DNA of 51,745 nt from Alphaproteobacteria bacterium. Its GTDB lineage: Bacteria > Pseudomonadota > Alphaproteobacteria > Paracaedibacterales > CAITNM01. The notes beneath the pieces were generated by a model, which ran no database searches, was not told the origin of the DNA, and worked only from the letters and a program-made list of their open reading frames with translations. Every line of letters starts with the position of its first letter. Positions within the stretch are counted from its first letter, which is position 1. The DNA lies in contig CANJXJ010000001.1 in the NCBI GenBank assembly GCA_947478955.1, forward strand, positions 1-51,745, read 5' to 3'. The position numbers were made by a program, and so were the translations under genes. Of the stretch, positions 41,112 to 50,557 are shown in pieces.

Positions 41112-42623
41112 GTGAATCGTAAAGTTGTGCTGTGTATCCTTGATGGCTGGGGAATAGAACCAAACGACATGTTTAATGGCATTAAAGCTGCTAAGCATTG
41201 GCCAGACATTTTGCAAAAATATCCCCATACTCAATTACAAGCTTCCGATCACTATGTAGGCCTTCCCGATGGGCAGATGGGCAATAGTGAAGTGGGTCAC
41301 ATGACCATAGGCCTTGGTCGAGTGCTTCTCCAAGACTTGCCAAAAATAGACCAAGCATTTTCCAGCGCGATTATTAAAAATAACGAAAAAATTCTAAAAG
41401 CTATCGAGCAGCTTCAGCGTACTAAAAAGCCCTGTCATCTTATGGGGTTGTTGTCTTCAGGCGGGGTGCATTCCCATATGAATCACATGATTGAGGCGGC
41501 AAAATTATTGGCTGATGCTGAAATACCTGTCTATGTGCACGGATTTTTAGATGGGCGTGATACGCCCCCTAAAAGTGCCGCGGGTTATGTGGATACATTT
41601 TTAAAAGCAATCAGCAATTATCCAAATATTCATCTGGCTTCTTTAGGAGGGCGCTACTTTGCCATGGACCGTGATAACCGATGGGATAGGATTCAGCTTG
41701 CTTATAAAGCAATCGTTCAAGCAGATGTACCTAAATTTTCCAATGCTGCCCAGGCTATTGAAAGCTCATATAGTAATAATATTACTGACGAGTTTATTCT
41801 CCCCTCTATTCATGAGGGCTACCCTGGAATGCATGATGGTGACGGGCTTTGGATGATAAATTTCAGGTCAGATCGCGTTCGGCAACTTTTGCGAAGCCTT
41901 TTGGTGCAAGATTTCTCTATGTTTAACCGAGAAAAAATCATTCAGTTTGGCCCCACCTTAGCAATGAATGAATATGCTGATGACCTTACTCCGTTGATTC
42001 CCTCAATCTTTATAAAAGACGCGGTTGACAAGAGCTTGGGAGAAATACTTTCAGCCCAAGGGCTAAAACAGTTAAGGATAGCAGAGACTGAAAAATATGC
42101 CCATGTTACTTTTTTTCTAAATGGTGGTCGAGAAACTTCTTTTCAGGGGGAAGAAAGGGTAATGATCCCATCTCCTCAAGTTGCCACGTATGATTTGCAA
42201 CCGGAAATGTCGGCAGAGGAAGTGACAAAAACCGTAACCCAAGCTATGGAACGTAATGACCTTAGCCTTATCGTTGTGAACTATGCGAATACTGATATGG
42301 TAGGTCATACAGGCGTTATAGAAGCTATTCATAAAGCCGTTGCATGTGTTGACCTTTGTGTAAAAAATTTAGAGCAAAAAGCTATAGAAAATAATTGGAC
42401 CTTACTAATAACTGCAGACCATGGGAATGCGGAATGTATGCGAGAAGGTGATGCACTAACTCCTCATACCGCCCATACCTGCAACCCAGTGCCCTTTGTC
42501 TTAGTGAATGGTGATGCCAAAAATTTAAAGGCTGGCACTCTTGCTGATATTTCCCCAACAATTTTAAACATCATGGGAATCGATCAACCAAAAGAAATGA
42601 CAGGAAAATCATTGCTGTGTTGA
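41112..42623 (+). CDS. gpmI: 2,3-BPG-independent phosphoglycerate mutase
   Basis: ILDGWG, GQMGNSEVGH, AETEKYAHVTFF, DMVGHTG and TADHGNAE. Confidence 0.98.
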   Translation: MNRKVVLCILDGWGIEPNDMFNGIKAAKHWPDILQKYPHTQLQASDHYVGLPDGQMGNSEVGHMTIGLGRVLLQDLPKIDQAFSSAIIKNNEKILKAIEQLQRTKKPCHLMGLLSSGGVHSHMNHMIEAAKLLADAEIPVYVHGFLDGRDTPPKSAAGYVDTFLKAISNYPNIHLASLGGRYFAMDRDNRWDRIQLAYKAIVQADVPKFSNAAQAIESSYSNNITDEFILPSIHEGYPGMHDGDGLWMINFRSDRVRQLLRSLLVQDFSMFNREKIIQFGPTLAMNEYADDLTPLIPSIFIKDAVDKSLGEILSAQGLKQLRIAETEKYAHVTFFLNGGRETSFQGEERVMIPSPQVATYDLQPEMSAEEVTKTVTQAMERNDLSLIVVNYANTDMVGHTGVIEAIHKAVACVDLCVKNLEQKAIENNWTLLITADHGNAECMREGDALTPHTAHTCNPVPFVLVNGDAKNLKAGTLADISPTILNIMGIDQPKEMTGKSLLC

Positions 42624-43522
42624 GATATTTCTTGTTCATCATTTTTATCTCCACGCTTAAATGTGAAGTTCACATCGAGCTCTTTGACCAAGCACAAAAA
42701 TGGCATAACATCCAACAGCAACTCGCTATGTTGTATAGTCAGTACCATAAAATAAATGGCAACAGGCTTCTTGATAATCAAGAATTTTTTAACATTCAAC
42801 AACAGTTGGGAGCGATATACCTTGCGCAAAAACGCTATCAACTTGGGTTTGGCACAGCTTTGCTTCCATCGACAAAAGCGGTGCATAACTATGTCAGGAA
42901 AAAGACATTCCTTACTTTAAAGACAAAAGAGCTTATGCCTTTGTATAAGCAATATGTACTCGAATATCAAAAAAAATATGGCCGTGGAGAATTTGAGCGG
43001 ATTCAAAAATCTATTAAACAGCTAGAAGCATTGAATGTGCTACATGTAAAACTATTTGAACAATTACAACAGGAATATAAAAATATACGCTGGGTAGATA
43101 GCTCAAAAATGGATGATATTTCTTCCATTGAAGCCCATATAAAAAAGCTGCCCATAGGGGAGGTGGGTAAAAAATCAAGCCATCTATTAAATTGGATAAC
43201 CCCCGTGGCAGGGATTCAAGAAACTTCCTCTAAAATGTTATGGAAACCTCTTGCCGGATCTTTAGTGCTTTCGCCAGATGCTGGCGCTGTAACATCAATT
43301 GGGCGCTTAGAAGGTGCCATTGTTGTTTTCATTAAACAGCATCATTTTACCTATATTATTACAGGGCTAAATCGTTGCTGTGTCAATATTGGAGATAAAT
43401 TAAGGCAAGGAGAGCCTCTAGGGTTTTGTGCTGATACAGATCCTTGCTTAGTTGAACTACAGTTATGGCGTGATGATATTGCTTTGGATCCTGATCCCTA
43501 TCACAAGGTCATCCAATTATGA
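42617..43522 (+). CDS. EnvC-like murein hydrolase activator (degenerate M23 domain)
   Basis: Helical N-terminus plus M23-like C-terminus (PVAG, VLSPDAGAV, VNIGDKLRQGEPLG, LDP). Occupies the canonical gpmI-envC-ctpA position. Confidence 0.7.
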   Translation: MLRYFLFIIFISTLKCEVHIELFDQAQKWHNIQQQLAMLYSQYHKINGNRLLDNQEFFNIQQQLGAIYLAQKRYQLGFGTALLPSTKAVHNYVRKKTFLTLKTKELMPLYKQYVLEYQKKYGRGEFERIQKSIKQLEALNVLHVKLFEQLQQEYKNIRWVDSSKMDDISSIEAHIKKLPIGEVGKKSSHLLNWITPVAGIQETSSKMLWKPLAGSLVLSPDAGAVTSIGRLEGAIVVFIKQHHFTYIITGLNRCCVNIGDKLRQGEPLGFCADTDPCLVELQLWRDDIALDPDPYHKVIQL

Positions 43523-44607
43523 AGCTATCTCTTCTGCTCTTTTTGCTATTGGCCAGCTGTTCAAGCCCGTATCAAGATTTACATGACAGCTTAGATGAAG
43601 CCTTAACTATTATTAATGAATTTTCCCCAGAAAAACCTGAGCCTGAAAAACTTCGTCAAGGAATGTTGCAGGGATTAATTCAAGGAATTGACCCCCATGG
43701 GCTGTACCTAAGTGAAGTGCAGAAAAAAAACCTAGTGGAAAGTATTGAGGGAGGAGACTTAAAACTAGGAGTGCTTATTACCAACCATGAAGATGGATTA
43801 CAAGCTAAAAAAGTTTTTGAAAAATCACCTGGAAACGTAGCAGGCATTAAAGATAATGATATTTTAATTGAGTTTGATGGTGTCTCTCTAAAAAATATTA
43901 AGTTGGATGACTTTTTACCACTGATAAAAGAAAAAAAATCGTACCCGGTTACTCTTTTAAGAGGTAATAGAAAAATTACCACCAGCATTACGCCAGGCCA
44001 GTTCAAGTCTCCAAGTGTCGAGCTAAAATGGTTTGATAATGTTGCGTGTCTAAAGTTTGGCTGTATTGGCAAAGATGCTGCTAATGAAGTTCACGATCAG
44101 TTGCAAATCATCAAAGCTTACAAGAAATTAAAGGGTCTTATCCTTGATTTACGTGATTGTCCTGGAGGCAGTTTTGAAGCGGGAATCGATATAACCAGTC
44201 AATTTTTAGATGGGGATGTTGTCGTTGAAATGCAAAAAAAAGAAGAATTTTTAAAATTTTGCTCAAACGAACACGATATTTTAAATAAACTTCCTCTCTT
44301 AGTGTTGCAAAATAAAAACACATGTTCAGCAGCAGAAATTATTGCAGCAGCATTAAAAGCCCATAAGCGCGCAACATTAATTGGTGAAAATACCGCAGGA
44401 AGTGCTACTGCCAAGAGGGTAGTGCCTTTTATAAATCGCAAAGATGGTTTAATTTTAACAATAGCTTTTTTAAATGATCCATTTGGAAAAAGGATTGGCA
44501 AAAACGGAGTAGAACCAGATATAGTGAAAAAAGAAATAAAAATACCAAAAAGCCAAAAAAGCGATTTGTATATAGCAGAAGCTTTGAAACTTTTAAACTC
44601 AAAATAG
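43519..44607 (+). CDS. S41 carboxy-terminal protease (CtpA-like) lipoprotein
   Basis: Lipobox LLASC, DPH, PDZ domain, ILDLRDCPGG, TCSAAE and GVEPD. Confidence 0.88.
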   Translation: MKLSLLLFLLLASCSSPYQDLHDSLDEALTIINEFSPEKPEPEKLRQGMLQGLIQGIDPHGLYLSEVQKKNLVESIEGGDLKLGVLITNHEDGLQAKKVFEKSPGNVAGIKDNDILIEFDGVSLKNIKLDDFLPLIKEKKSYPVTLLRGNRKITTSITPGQFKSPSVELKWFDNVACLKFGCIGKDAANEVHDQLQIIKAYKKLKGLILDLRDCPGGSFEAGIDITSQFLDGDVVVEMQKKEEFLKFCSNEHDILNKLPLLVLQNKNTCSAAEIIAAALKAHKRATLIGENTAGSATAKRVVPFINRKDGLILTIAFLNDPFGKRIGKNGVEPDIVKKEIKIPKSQKSDLYIAEALKLLNSK

Positions 44608-44621
44608 CGAAGGGGACAATA

Positions 44622-45287
44622 ATGAATCATTTTCCTGCATTAAGTAAAGAATCAGCAAGATTGTGTGAATCGGACTACTTACACATGACTGGTTTAAATG
44701 AAAAAAGCTTGATTGAGCTAACGGGGCTAGCTTGCGCAAAGGAAATTTTAAATTATTATGGCCCGTTTTATACCGACCATATTGTTATTTATGCGGGGCC
44801 GGGAAAAAATGGCGGTGATGGAGTCTCTACAGCATTATTCCTTGCACCATACACTAAAAAAATCAGTATATGTATGCCGGTTAACCCATCGCAAGATATT
44901 TTAAAAATTAACATATCCAACGTTCATAATTTTTACCCCAATATTGAAATCACAGATTGCCCCGTTACTGGTGATATATACATAGATGCTCTCTTTGGCA
45001 TTGGCCTTTCAAGAAAGCCAGAAGGGATTTTTGAACAGCTTATTAAATCGATGAATGAACAACCTAATCCCGTTATTTCAATTGATATCCCAAGTGGCAT
45101 GGATGCAAATACCTCATTAAGCCTGGTCGAAGCCGTCAGTCCTAATTTAACGCTTGCGATAGGATGTTTGAAACCTATTCATCAACATGTGAAAGCAGAA
45201 ATGATTTGTGGTGAAATTATTTGTCTTGATGTGGGATTTCCTAATCAGCTAATAGAAAAATATGCTGAAATACAAAAGGTTGCATGA
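44622..45287 (+). CDS. nnrE: NAD(P)H-hydrate epimerase (YjeF_N), stand-alone
   Basis: GPGKNGGDG, DALFGIG and IDIPSG. Confidence 0.85.
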   Translation: MNHFPALSKESARLCESDYLHMTGLNEKSLIELTGLACAKEILNYYGPFYTDHIVIYAGPGKNGGDGVSTALFLAPYTKKISICMPVNPSQDILKINISNVHNFYPNIEITDCPVTGDIYIDALFGIGLSRKPEGIFEQLIKSMNEQPNPVISIDIPSGMDANTSLSLVEAVSPNLTLAIGCLKPIHQHVKAEMICGEIICLDVGFPNQLIEKYAEIQKVA

Positions 45288-45323
45288 TAGCATAGCTTAG
45301 AACGCTAAAGCTCAGGCTTAAAA

Positions 45324-45962
45324 ATGATACTGTATTCTTTTCCTAGCTCCCCTTTTGGTTGCAAAGTTAAGGCTGTTATTTTGGTCTGTGATCAGGCAGA
45401 AAATATTACGATTGAAGAATTTCATCCCTGGCAACCTGATGCATTTTTCCGTGAATTAAATCCTTTAGGCAAAATCCCTGTTTTAAAAATAAATTCTAAA
45501 GAAGCAATTTTTGATTCGTCTGTGATTTGTGAATATATCATGGATAAATCTGGGAATACTCAAGCACTTATGCCAGAGAAATTTAAATCTTTAAAAATAC
45601 AAGCCTTAGTTGATGGTATGGCAGATGCAGCTGTTTCAATGAGATATGAGCGTTTTTTTCGCCCCAAACATTCACAGTGCGATGATTGGTACGACCGTCA
45701 GTGCCTGGCGTTGACATATGGATTGCACTATCTTAATTCTCATTTGGAAATAACCTTGAGCCAAAAAATATTATTTGAAAATTTATGCGTAAGCACATTT
45801 CTATCATACATTGATCTCCGTTTTCCAGAAGCGCCATTTCGAAAAAATTACCAAACACTGTATTGTTGGTATGATGAGTATATGCAAAACCATCCATTTT
45901 TAGAGTCAACTAAAGCAAAAGATCATCCTATTCCTTCTAATATAATGCGTTTGCAAAAGTGA
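45324..45962 (+). CDS. Glutathione S-transferase family protein
   Basis: SPFGCKV, NPLGKIPVL, FDSSVICEY and YIDLRF. Confidence 0.9.
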   Translation: MILYSFPSSPFGCKVKAVILVCDQAENITIEEFHPWQPDAFFRELNPLGKIPVLKINSKEAIFDSSVICEYIMDKSGNTQALMPEKFKSLKIQALVDGMADAAVSMRYERFFRPKHSQCDDWYDRQCLALTYGLHYLNSHLEITLSQKILFENLCVSTFLSYIDLRFPEAPFRKNYQTLYCWYDEYMQNHPFLESTKAKDHPIPSNIMRLQK

Positions 45963-46690
45963 TTTTTAAGCCACCCCTAGTACAAACTATTATTAATTTT
46001 TTACTTCCACCACAATGCGCGTTGTGCAGAGAAATAACAAAACAGCCTTACACTTTGTGTAGCGATTGTTGGCTAAAACTTAAATTTATCACATCACCAA
46101 AGTGTTCTATATGTTGTGTGCCACTAGAAAATGTGGATCATGATATGCCCTGTGCTGATTGCTTAAAATTTCCTCCTATTTTTTCTAAAGCCTATGCTCC
46201 CCTTGTATATAATGATTCAGTAAAAAAGCTGGTATTACGCTATAAAAATTATGACGGGTTGCATCTAGGTCCTATGTTTTTGCAATGGATGCAACGTTCT
46301 ATTCCGCAAGACATTCATATCATTGTGCCTGTACCTCTACATTGGTGGCGTTTTTTTACGCGCCAATATAACCAGGCTGCCGAGCTTGGAAAATTGATTG
46401 CAAAGCATACTAATGTCGCAATCAATCCCAATCTTCTAAAACGCGTAAAGGCAACTGCATCTCAGGGGCGTAAAAGCAAATTCTTGCGTTATGAAAACCT
46501 AAAGGATGCATTCGTTGTAAGGGATACTAAAAATATTTTGAAAAAATCAAATGTACTATTGATTGATGACGTGCTTACAAGTGGGGCAACAGCAAATGCA
46601 TGTGCTCAAGTTTTATTATATGCTGGTGCTGCCAGGGTAGATGTATTAACTATAGCCAGAGCTGTGAAAGATAATCATGGAACACCTTAA
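45959..46690 (+). CDS. comF: ComF family protein (zinc ribbon + PRTase)
   Basis: Multiple CxxC, PVPLH, RQYNQA and LIDDVLTSGAT. Confidence 0.93.
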   Translation: MIFKPPLVQTIINFLLPPQCALCREITKQPYTLCSDCWLKLKFITSPKCSICCVPLENVDHDMPCADCLKFPPIFSKAYAPLVYNDSVKKLVLRYKNYDGLHLGPMFLQWMQRSIPQDIHIIVPVPLHWWRFFTRQYNQAAELGKLIAKHTNVAINPNLLKRVKATASQGRKSKFLRYENLKDAFVVRDTKNILKKSNVLLIDDVLTSGATANACAQVLLYAGAARVDVLTIARAVKDNHGTP

Positions 46691-47951
46691 AACATTCAAA
46701 CGCTTATTTGATGTGGGCACAACCCTTACAGGTATTGGTATGCGTGTGGGGGCTCAGGAATATTTAGGTGTCAACATTGATGAAGCAGCTTATGCACAAA
46801 AACTACGTCAATCATTTGGAGGACTTAAGGGGCCTTTTATGAAGATGGCTCAATTTTTGGCAACAGTGCCCGATGCTCTGCCACCAGAATTTGCTGCTGA
46901 GTTCATGACGTTGCAATCGAATGCCCCATCAATGGGGGAGAGCTTTGTAAGACGCCGTATGGTTGGTGAGTTAGGCGTTAATTGGCGAGATTTATTCCAG
47001 GATTTTTCCCTAAAAGCAGCCCATGCTGCATCACTAGGGCAAATTCACAAAGCAATAGGTAGTCAGGGCGAGCACTTAGCTGTGAAATTACAATACCCTG
47101 ATATGGAAGCTACTGTTGGTGCTGATCTAAAACAGCTAGATATGGTTTTGGGAATTTATCAATCTTTTAACAAATCAATATATACCCAAGACATAGCAAT
47201 GGAAATTCGTGATCGTTTATACGAAGAGTTAGATTACACTTTAGAAGCAAGGAACCTGGAGCAATTTAGAGGTATTTTTGAGAATCAGTTTGATTTTGTT
47301 ATCGTGCCAAAAATATACTCAGAACTTTCTACCAAGCGCCTTTTAACGATGCAATGGGTAGATGGAAAGCATGCTCTTGAATATGTTTTGAGTTCTAGTG
47401 ATGTTCGCAATGAATTAGGGCGAAAATTATTTTTAGCTTGGTATTGGCCACTCTATCGTTTCAACGTATTGCATGGCGACCCTCATCCGGGAAATTATTT
47501 GATACTCGAAGACGGTAGAGTTTGTTTGCTAGATTTTGGTTGTGTGCGAAGGTTTGAAAAGCCCTTTTTACAGGCTGTAGTCGATTTATATGTGGCTCTT
47601 CGAGATAACAAGCCTGACCTGGCGATAGACGCCTATGAACGTTGGGGATTTAATAACATCTCAAATGAACTAATCGATGTATTAAATCAATGGGCGAAAC
47701 TTTTATACGAACCATTGCTAGAAGATAAAATTCGGCCTATCCAAGATGCAAATGGGGGCAAAAAAGGCTGGGAAACAGCTCGAAATGTCCACAAAAAACT
47801 ACATGCCTTAGGCGGGATAAAGCCTCCCCGAGAATTTGTGTTTATGGATCGCGCTGCAGTTGGCATAGGATCTGTTTTAATGCGGATTGGTTCGGAACAA
47901 AACTGGCATAGAATTTTTGAAGAAATTATAGATGGTATTTATACGCAATAA
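46677..47951 (+). CDS. ABC1/UbiB (COQ8-like) atypical kinase
   Basis: LKGPFMKMAQ, AASLGQIH, AVKLQYP, EELDY, DPHPGN and LDFG. Confidence 0.92.
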   Translation: MEHLKTFKRLFDVGTTLTGIGMRVGAQEYLGVNIDEAAYAQKLRQSFGGLKGPFMKMAQFLATVPDALPPEFAAEFMTLQSNAPSMGESFVRRRMVGELGVNWRDLFQDFSLKAAHAASLGQIHKAIGSQGEHLAVKLQYPDMEATVGADLKQLDMVLGIYQSFNKSIYTQDIAMEIRDRLYEELDYTLEARNLEQFRGIFENQFDFVIVPKIYSELSTKRLLTMQWVDGKHALEYVLSSSDVRNELGRKLFLAWYWPLYRFNVLHGDPHPGNYLILEDGRVCLLDFGCVRRFEKPFLQAVVDLYVALRDNKPDLAIDAYERWGFNNISNELIDVLNQWAKLLYEPLLEDKIRPIQDANGGKKGWETARNVHKKLHALGGIKPPREFVFMDRAAVGIGSVLMRIGSEQNWHRIFEEIIDGIYTQ

Positions 47952-47988
47952 AAAAGCCCAGCAAATAAAACGCAGCTGGGCTTAATTT
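47950..47988. terminator. Bidirectional terminator
   Basis: AAAAAGCCCAGC...GCTGGGCTTAATTT between convergent genes. Confidence 0.65.
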
Positions 47989-47997
47989 AAAAGGTTG

Positions 47998-49002
47998 CTA
48001 TCTAGTTGGCATAGGCAACGGTGCAAGATTTCCTGCATTTGTTGGGCCCACCGGACCAGGAGCTGTAGCGTATGGATCAACAGAGCCAGGTGCTGTAGGC
48101 ATTGTAGTAAGATTTCCTGCGCTTGTATGAGCTGCTGTCGGAGCTAATTGTGCTGTTGCAGAGAATCCATCGTTAGCTGGCAAATTAGCAGCTTCTGGAG
48201 TTTGTTCTGCTTTTCTTGCAACATTAGCATCTTCAATGAAGATTAGACCTAATACAATAAGAACCTTTATAGCTGCTGCACTGATAAAGATAATATAATT
48301 ATTTGATTGGTTAATTAAGTCAAATTCACCCTTAACAACAGCTGTAAGAATCATTCCAATAACGAAAGCTTGTGTCATTAGAGTGAACACGCTGGTTTCT
48401 TGAGCGAAAAACTTTATCCCAATTATCCATCCAACAATGATCGCTAACATAACAACATAGCGTCCACGGTGAGAGTACAGGTCCCCAAAATGCTTCAAAA
48501 GAGCTATTTCTTCTAAGAAAATCTCAAAAACAGCTAACATACAGACCAAGCCAATTGCATAAAAGCTGGCTTTTGAAAGAGCTGGGAATGAGCTAACCAA
48601 GGCAATTAACATTGCACAAAGTATTCCCATGTGAAGATAAAATACAAAAAGACTAGGTTCTGCTTTTACCTTTGTTCTATCTAGCGCTACTTTTTCTAAG
48701 GCATACATTGCGCAAAAAGCTACAAGGAATGTTGTAAACACCACAAACATTAAATGATGCTCTGCCTTTAAGAACTCAATATTCGTGTGGGCGGCAACAT
48801 GGCTTATTTTAGCAATTACATCTGGAACCATGAATACAAAGACTGCAGTCAAGGCCATCCCTCCACCAATAGATGATACTTTTGACATATTAAATCCGGG
48901 GAGCTCTCTTATAATAGGCAAGGCCATTGGTATAAGTAGCAGGATCATAACTGCTATTGCAGTTGCTAGAAAGTTTGGGTCTGAGGTACAAGTCATATCC
49001 AT
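47998..49002 (-). CDS. Multi-pass membrane protein, ZIP-transporter-like, with a Pro/Ala/Thr-rich tail
   Basis: About 8 TM segments. SIGGGMALTAVFVFMVPD and AFVIGMIL..V...E resemble the ZIP fold. Confidence 0.55.
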   Translation of the reverse strand: MDMTCTSDPNFLATAIAVMILLLIPMALPIIRELPGFNMSKVSSIGGGMALTAVFVFMVPDVIAKISHVAAHTNIEFLKAEHHLMFVVFTTFLVAFCAMYALEKVALDRTKVKAEPSLFVFYLHMGILCAMLIALVSSFPALSKASFYAIGLVCMLAVFEIFLEEIALLKHFGDLYSHRGRYVVMLAIIVGWIIGIKFFAQETSVFTLMTQAFVIGMILTAVVKGEFDLINQSNNYIIFISAAAIKVLIVLGLIFIEDANVARKAEQTPEAANLPANDGFSATAQLAPTAAHTSAGNLTTMPTAPGSVDPYATAPGPVGPTNAGNLAPLPMPTR

Positions 49003-49101
49003 AGTAATAACACCACGTAAGTTAATAAGGTTTATACTAATAGTATTTCACGAAGAATTAGCTGTAGTAAAGCCCCCAAATAACATGATATGTATTAAGG
49101 C

Positions 49102-50007
49102 ATGCAAATAGACCTGTTTCTTGAATCCCAGGCCGCTGATCGTAACGCTTCTTTAAATACTTTAGAAGCATATGGAAGAGATTTGAACGATTACGCAAAA
49201 TGGTACATCAAGCCATTAACAGAATCTTTAACTAGTGACATTGAATCCTATATACAATATTTATTTTTTAAAGAATTTAAGGTCAGCACGGTTAACAGGC
49301 GAATTTCATCGCTCAAGCAATTTTATCTATTCTTATTTAATGAAGGCATTATCTCTACTAACCCTTGTTTGCATATTAAAACCGCAAAAGCGCCAAGCAC
49401 TCTTCCTAAAGTAATTTCATCTAATCAAATGGGGAGTTTTTTAGATTTTTTAAAAGATTCAAAAGAGCCCTTGCACATAAGATTGAAGGCTATATTGGAA
49501 TTATTGTATGCTTCGGGTCTTAGGATTAGCGAACTTATAAGGCTGCCTGTACATTGCATTGTAAAAGGCGCCACGCAGCCTATGATTTTAGTAAAAGGCA
49601 AAGGTAATAAGGAACGCTTGGTGCCCTTAAATGACACAAGTGTTGAAGCTTTATTGGCCTATTTAAAAGTTAGAGAATTTTTTGTAAGTGGTATAAAAAG
49701 CTCAACTTTCCTTTTTGCTTCCAGAAGTAAAGAGGGGTGTCTTACCCGTCAACGAGTGGGGCAACTTATAAAAGAAGTTGCTCTAGAATTTGGATTGGAT
49801 CCTTCCTCAATTTCACCCCATGTATTTAGGCATAGCTTTGCTACACATCTTTTGCAGGGTGGGTCTGATTTGCTAACAATTCAAAAATTACTTGGCCACA
49901 GTGACATTGCAACTACCCAGATTTATACCCATGTTATGCCCCTATCGGTCTATCAGCTTGTAGAGCAACATCACCCCATCGCTAAAAAAATTAATAAAAA
50001 AACTTGA
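49102..50007 (+). CDS. xerD: Tyrosine recombinase XerD
   Basis: NTLEAYGRDL, ELLYASGLRISEL, GKGNKER, SPHVFRHSFATHLL and LGH...TTQIYTH. Confidence 0.88.
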   Translation: MQIDLFLESQAADRNASLNTLEAYGRDLNDYAKWYIKPLTESLTSDIESYIQYLFFKEFKVSTVNRRISSLKQFYLFLFNEGIISTNPCLHIKTAKAPSTLPKVISSNQMGSFLDFLKDSKEPLHIRLKAILELLYASGLRISELIRLPVHCIVKGATQPMILVKGKGNKERLVPLNDTSVEALLAYLKVREFFVSGIKSSTFLFASRSKEGCLTRQRVGQLIKEVALEFGLDPSSISPHVFRHSFATHLLQGGSDLLTIQKLLGHSDIATTQIYTHVMPLSVYQLVEQHHPIAKKINKKT

Positions 50008-50032
50008 AATCAGTAAATAAAATACCTACCTT
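50004..50032 (+). promoter_or_regulatory. Putative promoter of rimP-nusA
   Basis: TTGAAA-N17-TACCTT. Confidence 0.45.
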
Positions 50033-50059
50033 ACGGGATAAGATCTAAGGAAGTTTGAT

Positions 50060-50533
50060 ATGCAGCTAACAGATTCTCTTCATGAAAAATTTGATTCCAT
50101 TATTAATCCAATGGGATATGGGGTAGTACGTGTGCAGATAACAGGCATGACACGTAAAACTCTACAGGTTATGATTGAAAGATTAGATGAGCAGCCAATT
50201 AACGTAGATGACTGCGCACACGTCAGTAGAACCCTTTCTGTGCACTTAAATGTAGATGATCCTATCGCAGGATCTTATGTTTTGGAAATCTCATCCCCTG
50301 GTCCTGAAAGACCTATTACGCAACCAAAAGATTATAAACGTTTCCTTGGGCTAGAAATTATGTTAAAAACAATATTGCCTGTTGAAAATCGTAAGAATTT
50401 CCAAGGAGTTTTAGAAAGCGCTTCCGATGAAAGCATTTCTTTGCACCTAAAGCACCCCCTTGATAGTGGATCAGATCGTATCGACATTCGCTATGGCGAC
50501 ATTCGCCAGGCAAATTTGGTTAGTTCTATTTAA
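50060..50533 (+). CDS. rimP: Ribosome maturation factor RimP
   Basis: LQVMIE, VDDCAHVS and YVLEISSPG; upstream of nusA. Confidence 0.95.
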   Translation: MQLTDSLHEKFDSIINPMGYGVVRVQITGMTRKTLQVMIERLDEQPINVDDCAHVSRTLSVHLNVDDPIAGSYVLEISSPGPERPITQPKDYKRFLGLEIMLKTILPVENRKNFQGVLESASDESISLHLKHPLDSGSDRIDIRYGDIRQANLVSSI

Positions 50534-50557
50534 AAGAAAGATTAATGTAGGGACACC

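Noticed and set aside
49102-50007. Tyrosine recombinase as a phage or island integrase
   Set aside because: Length and motifs fit housekeeping XerD, it sits beside rimP-nusA, and no att repeat or cargo is visible.
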